From Hydrolagus colliei (lineage: Eukaryota), in contig CM068759.1 of assembly GCA_035084275.1 (NCBI GenBank), positions 3,286,001-3,350,000 of the forward strand: a stretch of DNA of 64,000 bases, read 5' to 3'. The notes under the pieces are model-generated. The model had not been told where the DNA came from and searched no databases. It was given only the letters and a program-made list of their open reading frames with translations. Position numbers and translations under genes: made by a program. Within the stretch, counting starts at the first letter, position 1. Each line of letters begins with the position of its first letter. Of the stretch, positions 62,601 to 64,000 are shown one piece after another.

Positions 62601-62909
62601 GTCAACGTTTTGCATTGTGGTAAGATGAAAAAAATGCACGAGAATATTATCCACTCAAGAAAAAAAAAACTTGTATGCAAAATTAAACTGATATGGCAAA
62701 GGAAGACGAGAGAAGATTCCTTTCTATGGGCTGAACACTTTTACTGATGTAGCAGAATAAGCTTCGACGTGCCATTAGATAAACCGTGAAGAGTTGGAGA
62801 GGAACAAGCTGTTAATGAAAATCACAAGTGAAAACAAAGACCTTCACTCACTCCTCAGTGCTCACACACTTTCCAAGGCTGAACTTCAATTGAAAGCCGC
62901 ATTAAAATG

Positions 62910-63090
62910 AAAACAATAATAAATTGATTTCTTCAAACCACGACTGTTCGTGGGACACTGCTGTGCGCAATTGGTTGTCATGTTGCACCCACAAATATAC
63001 AGTCAATTCATGTTACAGTGTATTCTGTGAAACGCTTTGAGATGTCTGTGAGACGTCATAAAGCGCCGTTTGAAACGCAAGGATTATGAT
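62910..63090 (+). mobile_element. SINE 3' half
   Basis: ccacgactgttcgtgggacactgctgtgcgcaattgg...gtgaaacgctttgag...aaggattat. Confidence 0.88.
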
Positions 63091-64000
63091 TTATATTTGC
63101 CCAACTGTGAAATCTCTATTTTAAGAACAATTCTAATGCAATCATCTGTGAAGGTATAAAATGAAGTAAGCTCACTGCCCAAACCCCTGCAACCCCCTAC
63201 CCACCCCACCTCCCACACCCTACCCCCCCACCCCAACCAATGGATGACTTCGGTGGTGACAAGGTTCAGTGGAAGTGTGTCTAACTGATCCACCGTGGTC
63301 ATCAAACTGACAACTTGCTTATTTAGAGTTCAGCTACGCTGGGTGCAGCTGTGGTGCAATGAAGCGAATCTCAACCACCCATCTCCCACTTTCCACAAGC
63401 GATTCTCACATTGATGTGGAAAGAGGAGAGAAATTGAACCGTATGCATGCCAGAAGGATTCACAATACCATGCTAAATCGAGTAAAGCATAGCCATCGCT
63501 TGCTTGATCAAGTTATCTACGCTTTTCATGAATCAAATTAGAGCACAGATTTGTCCAATTCTTTTCAATCCACCAGATTGTCACTTTGTTTGTATCCCTT
63601 TACCGTAGACAACCGTGGTGAGTATGCGCAGAGATTAAATGCACATCTGTCTACCGCAGGCATTCTTTTTTTAAAAAATCAAATGCCAACAATGGCTTCC
63701 TAATCGCCTAGGTTTAAAGTGTGAAAGCCCAAACAATGGGCCAGTTTGTTTGGCCCAATTTCTGTCAACTGAAAAGGATCAGCGATTTCCAACCTCTGAA
63801 ATAATGGTCGATCCCATTCAAGGACACTCGAAGGCAAACATTCTGTAGGTCAAGACGGGAATTAATTGAACATTTGAGCAACAGTCCCCAAAAATCTCCA
63901 CGGGAAGAAAAATACAGTTTGCTGGCAATTTCTTCTCAGCTGTACTAGTTACAGACTTCTGTTTAAACACTTTATGCTATTTTAGCGCTATAGAACACAA

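Noticed and set aside
429-63090. Recurring gtgaagcgctttg...gcgctata motif as a CRISPR-like array
   Set aside because: It is dispersed on both strands at irregular spacing and is the shared SINE/L2 3' tail.
1-64000. The ORF track read as a prokaryote-style gene set, operon or defence system
   Set aside because: The ORFs are short, overlapping and mostly in SINEs or low-complexity DNA; the sequence is vertebrate noncoding DNA.

Overview
Repeat-rich, AT-rich vertebrate genomic DNA, most likely a large intron or gene desert of a cartilaginous fish. The dominant tRNA-derived SINE, the DeuSINE copies and the CR1/L2 families resemble those known from holocephalans such as Callorhinchus milii; this is inference from repeat content, not a database hit. 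I cannot identify any host protein-coding gene, RNA gene or CRISPR-like array, and nearly all ORFs in the track are chance ORFs. Well supported: many SINE copies in at least three structural classes sharing an L2-type 3' tail; one young 5'-truncated L2 with an intact ORF2 C-terminus (21775-22443); many tail-only L2 insertions; CR1 3' fragments; a TA-flanked Tc1/mariner(pogo)-type MITE; a hAT MITE with an 8-bp TSD; microsatellites and poly-G tracts. Less certain but more interesting: (i) very old non-LTR reverse-transcriptase fossils recognisable only by motif order and spacing, the best being an apparent RLE-type (R2/NeSL-like) element at about 2820-5910 with unusually open reading frames; (ii) a cluster of RFX X-box-like motifs with a strong CTCF motif at 13.9-15.2 kb; (iii) an unclassified repeat with three copies; (iv) several exon-like segments, including a candidate minus-strand first exon at 29.1-29.3 kb. 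I did not find a convincing new biological system. Repeat boundaries are approximate and all fossil calls need profile-HMM confirmation.
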